Shown here in pieces: positions 1 through 23,517 of a DNA stretch of 64,000 nt (its first letter is position 1; the number at the start of each line of letters is the position of its first letter). The DNA comes from Eledone cirrhosa. Taxonomy: Eukaryota. The position numbers and the translations under genes were made by a program. Where the stretch lies: contig OZ024751.1 of assembly GCA_964016885.1 (NCBI GenBank), forward strand, positions 34,906,001 to 34,970,000. Reading direction: 5' to 3'. The notes under the pieces were generated by a model. It was not told the DNA's origin, did not search any database, and saw nothing but the letters and a program-made list of their open reading frames with translations.

Positions 1-2302
<2,302 letters not shown>

Positions 2303-3189
2303 CATCATCATCATCATCATTTTACGTCCGCTTTTCCCTGCTTGCAAGGGTGGGACGGGTCTTATTCAGCACAGCATCTCTCCACTCGTCACGGTCCCTC
2401 GTCATCTCCACCGTGAGCTTCAATGATCTGAGGTCTGTTCTCACCACCTCCGCCCATGTTTTTCGTGGTCTACCTCTACCACGTCTTCCTTCAACTGGCA
2501 TTTCCTGGCACTTCTTCACCCATCGGTCATCCTCCATGCGCATCACATGTCCATACCACCTCAGTCTCCTCTCCCGTACACTACATTCTATCCCTCTCAG
2601 ACAGTTTCTCTCTCAACACATTTATGCTGGGTCGTTCACGCACATTTACACTGCACATCCAACGGAGCATGCTTGCCTCATTTCTCTCCAGCCGTCACAT
2701 ATCTTCTGCGGTAGCTGCCCATGTCTCACTACCATGCAGCATCGCGCTCCTCACACAGGCATCATACAACCGGCCTTTCGTACGCAGGGAGAAACCCTTC
2801 TTCGTCAACAGAGGAAGCAGCTCCCTAAACTTCTTCCAACCCGTCCTTATTCTAGATACTATGGCCTCGGAACACCCTCCTCCCATGCTAATCTGATCTC
2901 CTAGGTACCGGAAGCTATCCACCACTTCTATAGCGCCCTCTCGCATTTGAAAAATGTGTCTATCAGTGCGACTTCTACTGTCTAATTTCCCTGTACATCT
3001 ACTGCATACATAGTTCTCCCTACCTGTTAGTTTGCCTGCTATCCCGCTACATCTCTTGTGTACCCAGGACCTACATTGTGTGCATTTTATAGAATTTATG
3101 CCAGTTCCTTTTCTGCATATCGAATATGGCCATTTCCCTGACGGAATCAGGGTTTTGTCCTCTTTTCTACTCATCAACACTTTTGTCTT
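2303..3189 (-). mobile_element. RTE-clade LINE, 5'-truncated 3' fragment (family A)
   Basis: Minus-strand translation [39 protein letters not shown]; ends in a (TGA)n tail at 2303-2320; closely similar to 42095-42943. Confidence 0.93.
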
Positions 3190-3273
3190 ATATATATATA
3201 TATACATATATACACATATATATATATACATATATATACATATATACACATATATATATATACATATATATAC

Positions 3274-3350
<77 letters not shown>

Positions 3351-3585
3351 TATATACATATATACATATACATATATATATACATATATATATACATATA
3401 TATATACATATATATATACATATATATATACATATATATATACATATATATATACATATATATATACATATATACATATATATATATACATATATATATA
3501 CATATATACATATATATATACATATATACATACATATATACATATATATATACATATATATATACATATATACATATATATATAC
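3190..3585. repeat. (TA)n/(TACA)n microsatellite
   Basis: Direct inspection. Confidence 0.97.
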
Positions 3586-3924
3586 GTGAGTATAGACATA
3601 GAATATTCGAAAATATTCTGTATGTTTATAATAAACATTTTGAAGACCTAATCGCTATAGAATAGAATACGTCACGTATTACAATTAGATTCTCGATAAA
3701 AGCAAGGGAAGTAATCTACGCGTTTCATTCTTGTTAGAATTCATCAGGACTACATATCCAGTGCTTTTATCGAGAATGACACAGCTAGAGACTTATAGAA
3801 TACTTAGCTGTGTACTGGAACTGGTTTGAAAGAGCGGTTGCCGGTCCGGCAGAAATTAGAAATTGGAATAAATGTTTATTATAAACATACAGAATATTTT
3901 CGAATATTCTATGTCTATACTCAC
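3586..3924. mobile_element. Foldback element with perfect 55-bp terminal inverted repeats enclosing a hammerhead ribozyme
   Basis: 3586-3640 is the exact reverse complement of 3870-3924; flanked by (TA)n on both sides. Confidence 0.85.
3689..3777 (-). ncRNA. Type I hammerhead ribozyme, intact core, extended stem I
   Basis: Minus strand reads GUAGUC-CUGAUGA-AUUCU(AACA)AGAAU-GAAA-CGCG-UA-GAUUAC (core 3711-3753); stem I continues past an internal loop as a perfect 16-bp helix (3689-3704 with 3762-3777). Confidence 0.9.
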
Positions 3925-3957
3925 ATATATATCGCTATTTCAGAGCATTTATTCCAA

Positions 3958-4068
3958 TATATATATACATATATACATATATATATACATATATATATAC
4001 ATATATATATACATATATATATATATATACATATATATATACATATATATATACATATATATATATAC

Positions 4069-4113
<45 letters not shown>

Positions 4114-4260
4114 CATATATATATACATATATATATACATATATATATACACATATATATATATACATATACATATATACATATACATATATACACATAT
4201 ATATATATATATGTACATATACATATATATATACACATATATATATATATATATATGTAC

Positions 4261-4329
<69 letters not shown>

Positions 4330-4442
4330 CATATACATATATATATACATATATATATATATATACATATACATATACATATATATATACATATACATAT
4401 ATATATACATATACATATATATATATACACATATATATACAC

Positions 4443-4488
<46 letters not shown>
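3958..4488. repeat. (TA)n/(TACA)n microsatellite
   Basis: Direct inspection. Confidence 0.97.
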
Positions 4489-4489
<1 letters not shown>

Positions 4490-6007
4490 CTGTTATAAGG
4501 GTAAAGGAGACGCCCTAGATAGGAGTAACTATAGAGGCATTAAATTAATCGACCAGGTCATGAAGGTCACGGAAAAAGTAATAGCGCAACTAATCAGAGA
4601 GAGAATTGACCTAGATGAAATGCAGTTCGGGTTTGTGTCAGGCAAAAGCACCACAGACGCTCTTTTCATAGTACGACAACTACAGGAGAAGTACCTAGCT
4701 AAAGGTAAACCCCTCTACTTAGCTTTTGTCGACCTGGAGAAAGCCTTCGACAGAGTCCCCCGCTCCATTATCTGGTGGGCTCTTAGAAAACTAGGCGTTG
4801 ACGAATGGCTTGTGAGGGCTATACAAGCCATGTATAAAGAAACAGTCAGCAAGGTTAGAATTAACAACGAATATAGTGAAGAGTTTAGCGTAAAAGTTGG
4901 CGTCCATCAGGGCTCTGTTCTCAGCCCCCTACTATTTATTATTGCCCTTCAGGCTATAACAGAGGAGTTCAAGACAGGCTGCCCATGGGAACTCCTATAC
5001 GCAGACAACCTGACACTCATAGTGGAATCAATGGCCGAGCTAGAGAAGAAATTCCAAACAAGGAAGCACGGCCTAGAGTCAAAAGGACTTAAAATTAACC
5101 TGGCTAAGACCAAAGTTCTAGTTTGTAGGAAAGAAAACAAGGCGGCGGTCCCTTCTGGGAAATGGTCGTGCTCGGTCTGTAGGAAAGGCGTAGGTAGAAA
5201 CTCCATTTTATGTCCTAAATGCAAAGTATGGGTGCATAAAAGATGTAGTGGGATCACAGGTAAGCTAACTAAGAACATAGATTTTACATGTGGCCGGTGT
5301 TCTGGTGCAATAAGTAGCAGCAAGTGCCCACAAAATACTAGCTCTTTCAATTGCGCAGAGGGTTCTATAGAAATAGTGGACAGCTTCCGTTACCTGGGCG
5401 ATAAAATCAGCAGTGGGGGAGGGTGCTCTGAAAGTACTGTAGCTAGAGTCAGAACTGGTTGGAAAAAGTTCGGAGAGCTTATACCACTATTAGCTGCTAA
5501 AGGGTTCTCCCTAAAAATGAAAGGCAGGTTGTACGATGCCTGCATACGAACAGCAATGTTGCATGGCAGTGAGACCTGGGCATTGTGTGCAGAGGATATA
5601 CACAGACTAGAGAAGAACGAAGCTTGCATGCTCCGCTGGATGTGTAACAGTAATATACGTCAACGGCAAAGCATAAACGAACTAAGGAAAAAATTAGAAA
5701 TAAGAGGGATCAGATGTTGTTTACTCGAGAGAAGGCTACGTTGGTACGGTCACGTGATGCGCATGAAAGACGACAGTTGTATAACAAAGTGCAGGGCAAT
5801 AAAGATAGACGGTAGCCACGGAGTAGGCAGACCCAGAAAAACATGGGACGAGCTGATAAATTCCGACCTCACACGCTTACACCTCTCCAAGACAATGTCA
5901 CTGGACCGAGACCTTTGGCGGTACTCAGTAATAGAGAAGACCCGCCTTACCTAAATACAAAGTAAAAACCTACTACAGTCAGTAGGCATCTCTATCAAAA
6001 CACCCTA
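4489..6007 (+). mobile_element. RTE-clade LINE fragment (family B): RT domain, PHD-like finger, C-terminus
   Basis: ORF 4560-5954 with [33 protein letters not shown] (catalytic YADD mutated), FRYLG; truncated at both ends by (TA)n. Confidence 0.96.
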
Positions 6008-8340
<2,333 letters not shown>

Positions 8341-8946
8341 ACAAAGCATAAATGAATTGAGAGAGAGACTGAGCATAAGAGGAATCAAATGCTGCGTGCA
8401 GGAGAGGCGGTTACGCTGGTATGGACATGTGATGCGTATGAAGGATGACAGCTGCATAAAAAGGTGCAGAGCACTAGAAGTTGATGGAAACCGCGGAGTG
8501 GGGAGACCCAAGATGACTTGGGATGAGGTGATAAAAGCCGACCTTACCCAACTACACCTCTCAAAGTCAATGACACACGACCGTGACTTCTGGCGTCACG
8601 CAGTAATACAGGGTACCCGACCTCCCATGTGTACATGCTGAAGCATATAAACAATATGCCCCCCCCCCCCCCACCGCAAGGTAGTCGTGGTGGAGGTGCC
8701 ACGGCAAAAAAGCACCCAGCCCACACTGTAAAGTGGACGTGTAGGCGCCACGAAAAAGCACCCAGCACTCACTGTAAATGAGGTTGGTGTTAGGAAGGGC
8801 ATCCAGCTGTAGAAATCAAGCCAGATCAGTTCCTGTATGAGCAAGGCATGGTCAGCCGACCAGACACTGCCCACAACAGGACAACCCGTCTAACCCATGC
8901 TAGCGTGGAAGAACGGACGTAAAACGGTGATGATGATGATGATGAT
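8341..8946 (+). mobile_element. RTE LINE 3' end with 3' UTR and (TGA)n tail (family C)
   Basis: [40 protein letters not shown]; poly-C tract; (TGA)n tail; 3' UTR nearly identical to 62302-62690 (minus). Confidence 0.92.
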
Positions 8947-15830
<6,884 letters not shown>

Positions 15831-16229
15831 CATCCACACACAGATATGTATACATATATATATTGATATATATGCTGGCATGGATAATGGACATTTATAT
15901 AAATAGCTATACATTAACACCATAAAATTGTATTCAATATGCTTCCCTTTTGCTCTCACATCACCTTGAAGTCTCTTAGGCTTCATTCTCAAGAATTGAA
16001 CACATGGAATAGTGAATAGGGTTGACATCTGGTAATGAGGTTGGGCATTCTGCGTTGGTGATGAAGGCAGCACAGTTGTCTTGACACTACTGTTGTTTCA
16101 CTTTAACAGTTTGGCTCATAGCCCTGTCTTGTGTGGGAGTTCATCCTTAGTCACCATATGTCGTACTGTACCACGGCTTCAGTGCACCCTCTAGGATGTC
16201 TCTAATGTAAACTTCTTTTTACCCATTCA

Positions 16230-16957
16230 GGGACAAAATAAAAAAAGAGGAGACTGCCCGCTTTCTGAAACGGCAATCTAAAACATAATCGATGCCGGTT
16301 TCCGAGAATGGAGACATTTACCATAACCAGAATGGATTGAATCATGATTTTTTGAAAGAACACAATCATTTTGGCAATTGAATGTCCGTTGACCTGCAAA
16401 CAGTTTCTCATCAGTAAAGATTATCTTCTTCAGCGTACCATCTTTAACCCATTTTAGCAATTCCTTATTTCTTTCAAGTCTTCTTTTAATAGTGGTTGAG
16501 AGAAGCTGTCTCTTCTGTATCTCGAAGGGGGACATCCCAAGATCATCTTTCCATAGCCTCCTCATGTCTCTCTCCAAAATCTCTGCCTCTTTTGCCATTA
16601 TTCTCACTCTTATTCTATTTGGATTAAGTCTGATTTTCTCACATCCGCTTTTTATGAGTTTTCGCATCCTGAAGGTGCGAAGTCGTTCTGATCTTGCTTT
16701 TGATGAACATTCTGTTAATTCCAAGCTGTTTTCCACCTTTAAAAATCTGAAGTGGAGTCTTCCCTTTTTCATGCTGTTCAATTATAAATTTTCTTTTCAA
16801 TTCTAAGGAAATTTCTGCAATGAATCCTTATATAACCTCCAAAAAAGTTAGTATATAGTATTAGGTTAATATTTGAGTAATAAGATCAATAACACAGTAA
16901 TTAATATTATCAATTAAACTCACTTGATTTTTGTAACGGTATTTATGCCGCACCCTG
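16230..16957 (-). mobile_element. Tc1/mariner-superfamily transposon relic (maT/DD37D-like)
   Basis: ORF 16278-16781 with an HTH-like region and KIIFTDEKLF..FNCQND; terminus TA|CAGGGTGCGGCATAAAT at 16957; 3' part degenerate. Confidence 0.8.
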
Positions 16958-16984
16958 TATATATACACGTGTACACATACAAAT

Positions 16985-17015
<31 letters not shown>

Positions 17016-17164
17016 CACACATACAATATACTGTTTTTTGCTTTGTTGTCTCCATTTACTTTTTACATATAATATATATATATATAATTGTGTATGTGTG
17101 TATATGGGAAGATGTATGTCACAAAGTGTCAATAAGAAAAAAAATGGGGAAAAAGAAAGTGTTG

Positions 17165-17243
<79 letters not shown>

Positions 17244-17244
17244 C

Positions 17245-17428
17245 ACACAGTTAGTTTGGTACTCAATATATTAGCAGAGTGTAAACATCAAGTTTAATAT
17301 AGAAATAGCTTCTACAGGACTAGCACTGTTTGATTCAAATGAAATCATCAGAAAAGCTTTCCTGGTGATTTCTTTTGAATGAAACAGTTCTAGTCCTGTA
17401 GAAGCCATTTCTATATCAAAAACATGAT
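17245..17428. mobile_element. Foldback element with a hammerhead-like fold in each arm (both mutated)
   Basis: Palindrome centred near AAAGCTTT at about 17356; the + arm has CUGGUGA..GAAA-CAG..CUG-UA, the - arm has CUGAUGA..CAAA; same family as 29559-29730. Confidence 0.75.
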
Positions 17429-17438
17429 ACACACACAC

Positions 17439-17469
<31 letters not shown>

Positions 17470-17514
17470 TGGGGGGCAGAGAGGATAGTTAGAGAAAACG
17501 AAGACCGAACTTAC

Positions 17515-18229
17515 TTTTGTTCATCCACATGGGGTTAGTTATTCGCTCGTAGTAATCTTCCAACTCTGGGATCGAATCATCCACAGCATTGAGGAATGGC
17601 CAATTAGCTGTTTTATTAGAATCAGCCATCAGCTCACACAGAATTCGGTAGCCGTGTTCTAGTTCAGTGCTGAGTGGTGCTTGTTGATAGTCCAATATTG
17701 TAGATGTTGGTGTTGCTGTAGTTAGAGGTGTCGTTGACCTATCCACATCACAGTTACCTTCATCCACATCTCCATCATTATCGTCATCATCATCATCACT
17801 GTCATCATCGTCTTCATTATCATTATCATTGTCGTCGTCATCACCAACGTCGCCGTTGAACTCCATAGCGTTGTTGTTGTTGTTGCTGTCATCGTCATCC
17901 TCGTCGTCATCACCATCAGCAACACCTATGAAGGTTTCTTGCGTCTGATATCTTTCTTCCACCTGAGCAGTTGTTGATGATGATGATGATGATGATAATG
18001 ATGATGATGGTTGTCGTAGTGATGACGGAGATAAGAATGACAACGATGACCAAGCTGGTGATAACGATGATGATGATAATGATGGTATTGTTGGTGGTGA
18101 TAGTAATGAGTGTCGGAGATCTTCATGTAGTGGAAGTGGTGGGCTACAGTTCGTTGTTGTTTTATGTAGGGTAACTTTTCTTTCCTTTGCTGTTGGAAGA
18201 GGAGGACCTTCGTCGATTGAAGATTCCAT
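17515..18229 (-). CDS. KIAA2026: Probable first coding exon of a KIAA2026/BRD10-like bromodomain protein
   Basis: ATG at 18229; poly-S and poly-D/N tracts, then ELEHGYRILCELM..NWPFLNAVD..DYYERITNPM (bromodomain alphaZ/ZA loop, resembling ELQQGYRIL of KIAA2026 as recalled); phase-1 donor GTAAGT at 17514; acceptor AG at 18389-18390. No downstream exon recognised in the window. Confidence 0.8.
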
Positions 18230-19864
18230 GATGGTACAAAGTTCATCCAGGCAGTCATGAAGGATATAAGAGGACTTGGAGAGGGTTTTGGGCTGTTGTT
18301 ATTGTTTTCGTTTTATAATTTAGGATATATGCAGGGAGGAGGGGTGGGATAACGGAGAGGATAGTCTGCTATTGTTTGGGGCTCTCGGCTAAAATATAAA
18401 GAAAAAAATAAAGATTAAAAATTAGACACAAAAATATAAAGAGAATTAGTGACCACAAATTATGACGATTTTGTTTTTTATAACCGGTTGTTGAGGTAAA
18501 GTGAAAATATAATAAATATTATGACATTATTAATTATAGTGTTTGTGAAAGGCTGAGGGTTAGGACAATATATTTGCTAGACATATAAACCAAGAACGAT
18601 TAATGAAGGGGAGGGGAGATCACTAATATTAAAATATAATTTAACAAACAAATATTAAGTTAAATGAGTCGGACAGGAGGAAGGGTTAACATGTTTAAAA
18701 TATAGAAATGAAAGCAAGTCCCAAGAATGACAACATAAATTTCGTCTAGAATAGACAGAGTATGAGTGTGAGGAGAGAGTAAGATAGAGAGAAAGAGAGG
18801 GGAAGAAAAGAGAGTATGAATGTGTAAATGAGGGGGATTATTAGAGAGAGAAAAACAAAGAGAGTGAGAATAAGAAGAAAAACTGTGAGTGAGAGAGAAA
18901 AGAAAGACGGCGAGTGAAAGAGAGGGTAGAGTGTATATTGGAAGAGAACCAAGTTGGAAAAGATAATCCTGTTACGAGGAATCGATCATGGTAGCAGGGT
19001 AAAAATAGTGAAAAAGTGAATTTATAAAGCGAGAATAATTAGTAAGAATATTTGTCACACCTGCATTATAAATCATCTTCATAGATGCACAGAGAAAAAT
19101 GACCCAATCACCATGAGGTACTTACTGGGTTATATTAGTCCGCATTTCTTTTTTCTTTTTATAAACTTCTACTTCTTCGAATACCTACTTTCAGCGATTG
19201 TCTGAAAATATCATTGATCTAATAAAAATTAAAATTGTTATTACGAATGATATGAAATCGTGTGTTATAATTTACGGCTTGCGTTTCATGCATAAAGGCA
19301 CGAAGAACTAAAGAACTATTTCCTTATTACGGCGGTTTCAGACTGAGATGTCGTATGCAAAATAGGTGTAATTTGCCGGTAACTTTCCGGTAGAAATCAA
19401 TAACGACAATTCGATTCGAAGAAAAATTGTTCTAGGAAGAAAAAATTATTATCATTAAATAGAAAACAAAATATAATTTAAAATATTGTTTTCATTATTT
19501 TAAAATATACGGTGAGTTTTTCTAGATAAATAATATTTGGTTACTGACGTTGAATATATAAATCGCCCGTACTTTCGATGTCACTTAACCTAGATAGACT
19601 TAAGAAGGGAACCTAATCAACTCATTTGAAGGACAACGATCACATGGAGTAGTTCTTTTAATAGTCTATCTCTATCTAGATATTTACAATGATAATAATA
19701 ACTATTGTTGTCATCACCGGACAGTGAATCTAAGCCGTTGTGAAGTCATGCACGTTTCAATATACGTTAGTAATGCCCTTGATAGGAGCATGAACATCAC
19801 ATACTCAATTTACATATAACTGAAAACAAAAGCCTAGATTTTTGTTTTAATTATTAGAGTAATC

Positions 19865-20340
19865 AGGACGGTAGATTGGCAGAATGGTTAGAGTGTCAGC
19901 AAAATTGTATTTGTTTCGACTCCTTACATTCTAAGCTCAAATCCCGCTGTCCTTTACCTTTCATCCTTCTGGGGGTCGATAAAAATAAGTACTACATACT
20001 ACAACTATGTCATCTTCCCACAAAATATATAGACTAGTATTTATTAGAACTCGTTAAGCTAGCGACATTCTACGTTCAGCGTTCAAATCCCGTCAAGGCC
20101 AACTTTACCTTTTACCCTTTCAGTGGTGGAGGGGAGTCGCTAAAATAAAGTCTCGGTCAAATAATGTACTCGGTTTAATTGAATTCGCCGGTGAACTTAT
20201 ACCTCGATTAAAAACAATTATTATTAGAACCCGCCGAGGTTAACTTTGCCTTTCATCCTTACGGGGTCGATAAAATAAAGTACCAGTAATGCACTGATAA
20301 TGCTGGCCTTGTGCCAAAAGTAGAAACAATTATTATTAGA
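19865..20340 (+). mobile_element. Cluster of about 3 tRNA-derived SINE copies (Meta-domain-like core)
   Basis: A/B-box-like head (TGGCAGAATGG..TCAAATCC), shared core GCCTTTCATCCTTNCGGGGTCGATAAAATAAAGTACCAGT, (ATT)n tail; more copies near 20815, 21700, 24370, 25285, 25880, 26005, 37765 and 46950. Confidence 0.8.
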
Positions 20341-21292
20341 ACAATTCATTAATAAAATACCGGTGTATGTTATTCCCGGGGGTAACAAATTTAATTTCAA
20401 TATGACCGCAGCACTGTACATATTACCCCCATGTAGATACCTCTCATTTAGCTGAATTGATAAATTTTAATGGACACAACTCACGATACGTTTTATTGTA
20501 TTTTATACGATAAAATGTATCGTGAAACACAAGATTATGCGTTTCTCGTACACATTCTATAAACATTGCAAATACATCAGCAACGAAAAAGAACTGAATA
20601 AATACCAGTAATATTCTATGATTTCCGTTACGTTCTCTTGACGTTTCTCTCATCCTCTTACAAGTGAATAGAACCGATAATAAACATAGTGCCACCAAGT
20701 CGATAGACTAATTTTTATAGATTTATTTCTTTTGTAAGTTATTCATACAATTATTTTTCAAAGGTTCTGTTAATTTATATAAACATCTAAAAAGTCAAAA
20801 TAGCTATTGTTTTTATTTGGCAAAATGGTTAGAGCGTCGGATATATAGTTAAAGTTACCGAGTTCAAATACCGCTAAGGTCGACTTTGAAATTTCATGCT
20901 TCATTAGTCGATAAAATCAACAGTTCTCTCCCTTAGTTCGTGTACAAAATCTTTAATGTGACTATGATATACTCTTTTACCTGTTTCAGCCATCCGGCTG
21001 AGGCCATGCTGGGGAACCGCCCTTCATATATATATATATATATATATATCAGTCACCCTTAACGGGATCTTCGGAAGATCCCGTTAAGTTAAGGGTGAAA
21101 GCAGCGATTTTTTGCTTAAACTTTAATCTGTTATTTTAATAAATATATATATATATGCAGAGGTTATATTTAATTTGTTGGGATTCAACAAGCTTTAAAA
21201 ATGTTATAACTGATATATAAAGCACTCAACAGTTTAGTGTAGTAAATACACAATATATTAATAAATGGAAACTATATTTATAAAACCATATT

Positions 21293-21358
21293 TATTTTAT
21301 TATACATATTTCAAGGGCCACCAAGACAAATTATGGTGCGCTTTCATCAGATAAAATA
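21293..21358 (-). ncRNA. Type I hammerhead ribozyme (left arm)
   Basis: UAUUUUAU-CUGAUGA-AAG..CACCA/UGGUG..CUU-GAAA-UA(UG)UA-UA-AUAAAAUA. Confidence 0.75.
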
Positions 21359-21426
21359 CACGAAGCTCCAACCGTTAAGGTTGTCTTTTTCCGAGTATGT
21401 CAATATTTATTTATAAAACAAATCTG

Positions 21427-21492
21427 TATTTTATCTGATGAAAGCGCACCATAATTTGCCTTGGTGGCCCTTGAAATATGTATAATAAAATA
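21427..21492 (+). ncRNA. Type I hammerhead ribozyme (right arm)
   Basis: 8-bp stem I UAUUUUAU/AUAAAAUA, CUGAUGA, long stem II, GAAA, short stem III, AUA cleavage triplet. Confidence 0.75.
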
Positions 21493-22054
21493 AATATGGT
21501 TTTATAAATATAGTTTCCATTTATTAATATATTGTATATATATATATATATATTGATTATTGTAGTCCTCGAATATATATAATCAGGAAAGGCCTTTGTT
21601 ATATATATATCTCTATAATCAATGTGATTCTTCCATTTTAAATAGCAGTAAGGATTTAACTGCTATTCCTAGCAGGTTGAGCAACCACATAGAAGCATTA
21701 GAGCGTCGGATGAAATACATTGAGGTATTTCATTACAGCTTGGTTTCAAATCCCACTTATGTTAACTTTGTCTTTCATCCATCAGAGGTCGATAAAATAA
21801 AGTAGCAGTCAAGTACTGGCGTTGATTTAATCAACTTTGCCCTTCCTCTAAAGTAATTATAGCAACAGAGCTTCAAATATTTAGGGTAAAGAAATAATAA
21901 TAAATTTATACCATGTACAAAAAATATTGCTTATATTTAGAGTGAACTGAACGAATATTCTTATTGTATGTATAATTTCGTGACTGTATTTTTAGCATTT
22001 ATTTGTATTTAAAAGGAATTTCAATAAAATAAAAATAAGAAAATATTCACCTCT

Positions 22055-22140
22055 GTATTAAACGTCACTTCCGGAGACTATTGTCGATATGAAGTGTTTC
22101 CTGTGTGCCTGTGAGTAAACCCTACAACTTCCGGTTTCAA
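22055..22140. promoter_or_regulatory. Putative bidirectional promoter with ETS and ETS-CRE motifs
   Basis: ACGTCACTTCCGG at 22062-22074 (CCGGAAGTGACGT on minus) and ACTTCCGGT at 22127-22135, between the divergent KIAA2026-like and TMED genes. Confidence 0.55.
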
Positions 22141-22994
22141 TCTCTTCCTCCTCCCATCTCATCTTTACCTAGTAGTAGGAGGTGGTAAAAAAGGAGATGG
22201 TGTTCGGTGGTAGTGATTAAGAAGAAAGAGCGGAGAGGATGGGAAGAGTGAAGGGGCAAAGTAAAAGATAGATAGACAGAGAGAGAGCAAGAAATGTAGG
22301 AGTGGGAAACAAGAAGCCGGAGTTGTGCAGATTTTGATGGCAGTGTCCCTCTTTTAAATTTTTTTCCTTCACACCTCACTTATTGTTTTACTTCTGTTTT
22401 TGTCTTTCTGTCTATCCTCTCTTAGTTTTTCTTTTTTTATATTTAATTTTGTTTACAACACCATCCCTATCAAACTCCCCAAAACATCTTTATCTCTCTT
22501 CACTAACATTGGTCCATCATAGAACTTTGATATATATACATACATACTTATATATATATATATATATATTCTTCACTACAATATTTCTCATACATCCACA
22601 CACAAGAATTTTGCGATATATTTTTTATTACTTTTATATGTTTGTTTCATTACACCATCGGTTTAAAATATAGCGAAGAAAACATAAATAGAGATATAAC
22701 GAGCATTTTCGAAAATCGGCGAAAGAATAACGCAGATCGATAGATTTAAAAAGGAAAAACAAAGATTCTCGTTATTCATTTATCGAATTTATCAAAACAC
22801 AAGACTTTACAAATAAAAAACACTAAAAACTAGTGGCATTGTAGAACTCACGTATTGTGTGTGCATATATATATATATACTGTACTACATAGACACAATA
22901 TATATACACTGTACTACATACACACTCATACATATATTACTAAAAGACTGCAATGTTGCTACTGTTATATTACAAGAGGACTGGTGTTGCAGCA

Positions 22995-23159
22995 ATGGTG
23001 ACATGTTTATTGTGGTGTCATGTATTAGTTGTCAGTCTTATACCTCTGGCCATTGCTGTTGACACGGACCTTACAGTGGAAATATCTCCTGGAAACCAGG
23101 AATGTTTCTACCAACATGTACTCATGAAAGGGGAGACTACTCTAGAACTAGAATATCAG
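22995..23159 (+). CDS. TMED5: p24-gamma (TMED1/TMED5-like) exon 1: signal peptide and GOLD start
   Basis: MVTCLLW..AIAVDTDLTVEISPGNQECFYQ..LELEYQ; 55 codons; donor GTAAG at 23160. TMED1 vs TMED5 orthology cannot be resolved by eye. Confidence 0.92.
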
Positions 23160-23231
23160 GTAAGACATATTTTCTTTTATTTTGTCAGTCGGTCTTAAGC
23201 TTTCATCATCGCTCTACTGTTATTGTTTAGG

Positions 23232-23517
23232 CCTGAGATTCTCAAAGTAGGCGCTACCGCACCCCCGGAGTGGGGCGTGCCTTTGAGAAGGTCCAGGAGT
23301 GATAGAGATTAAATGATGCATATTATATATAACTATAGTAAAATAAAAAATATTTATTTATACATAGTATATATTATATTATTTATTATATATAAATTAA
23401 CGATTTAATTATATATTATTTACAATTTGCGTGTAGGCAGGTCTCTCTGGAAATAGGGTTGGGGGCGCTGAGGGTATTACGTAGCTGTGAGTGGGCCAAA
23501 ATGTTTGGGAACTTCTA
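23232..23517. mobile_element. hAT-like MITE (degenerate)
   Basis: Imperfect TIRs GATTCTCAAA..TTTGGGAACT, GC-rich subterminal boxes, similar TTTAGGC/TTTAGCC flanks. Confidence 0.45.

Larger units (their letters stand above)
21250..21535. mobile_element. Foldback element with 111-bp arms, each a complete hammerhead
   Basis: 21250-21360 vs 21425-21535 are reverse complements with one mismatch; 64-bp spacer; followed by (TA)n. Confidence 0.88.

Noticed and set aside
4560-5954. 464-aa RT ORF as a domesticated or active gene
   Set aside because: YADD is mutated to YADN, the endonuclease is missing, and a near-identical dispersed copy exists.
16400-16416. CUGAUGA-GAAAC on the minus strand
   Set aside because: No stem II; it is the FTDEK codons of the transposase relic.
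17926-18258. His-rich alternative-frame ORF
   Set aside because: By-product of (CAT)n repeats in the bromodomain exon.
19865-19950. tRNA-like A/B boxes
   Set aside because: SINE heads with no complete cloverleaf; no tRNA gene called.
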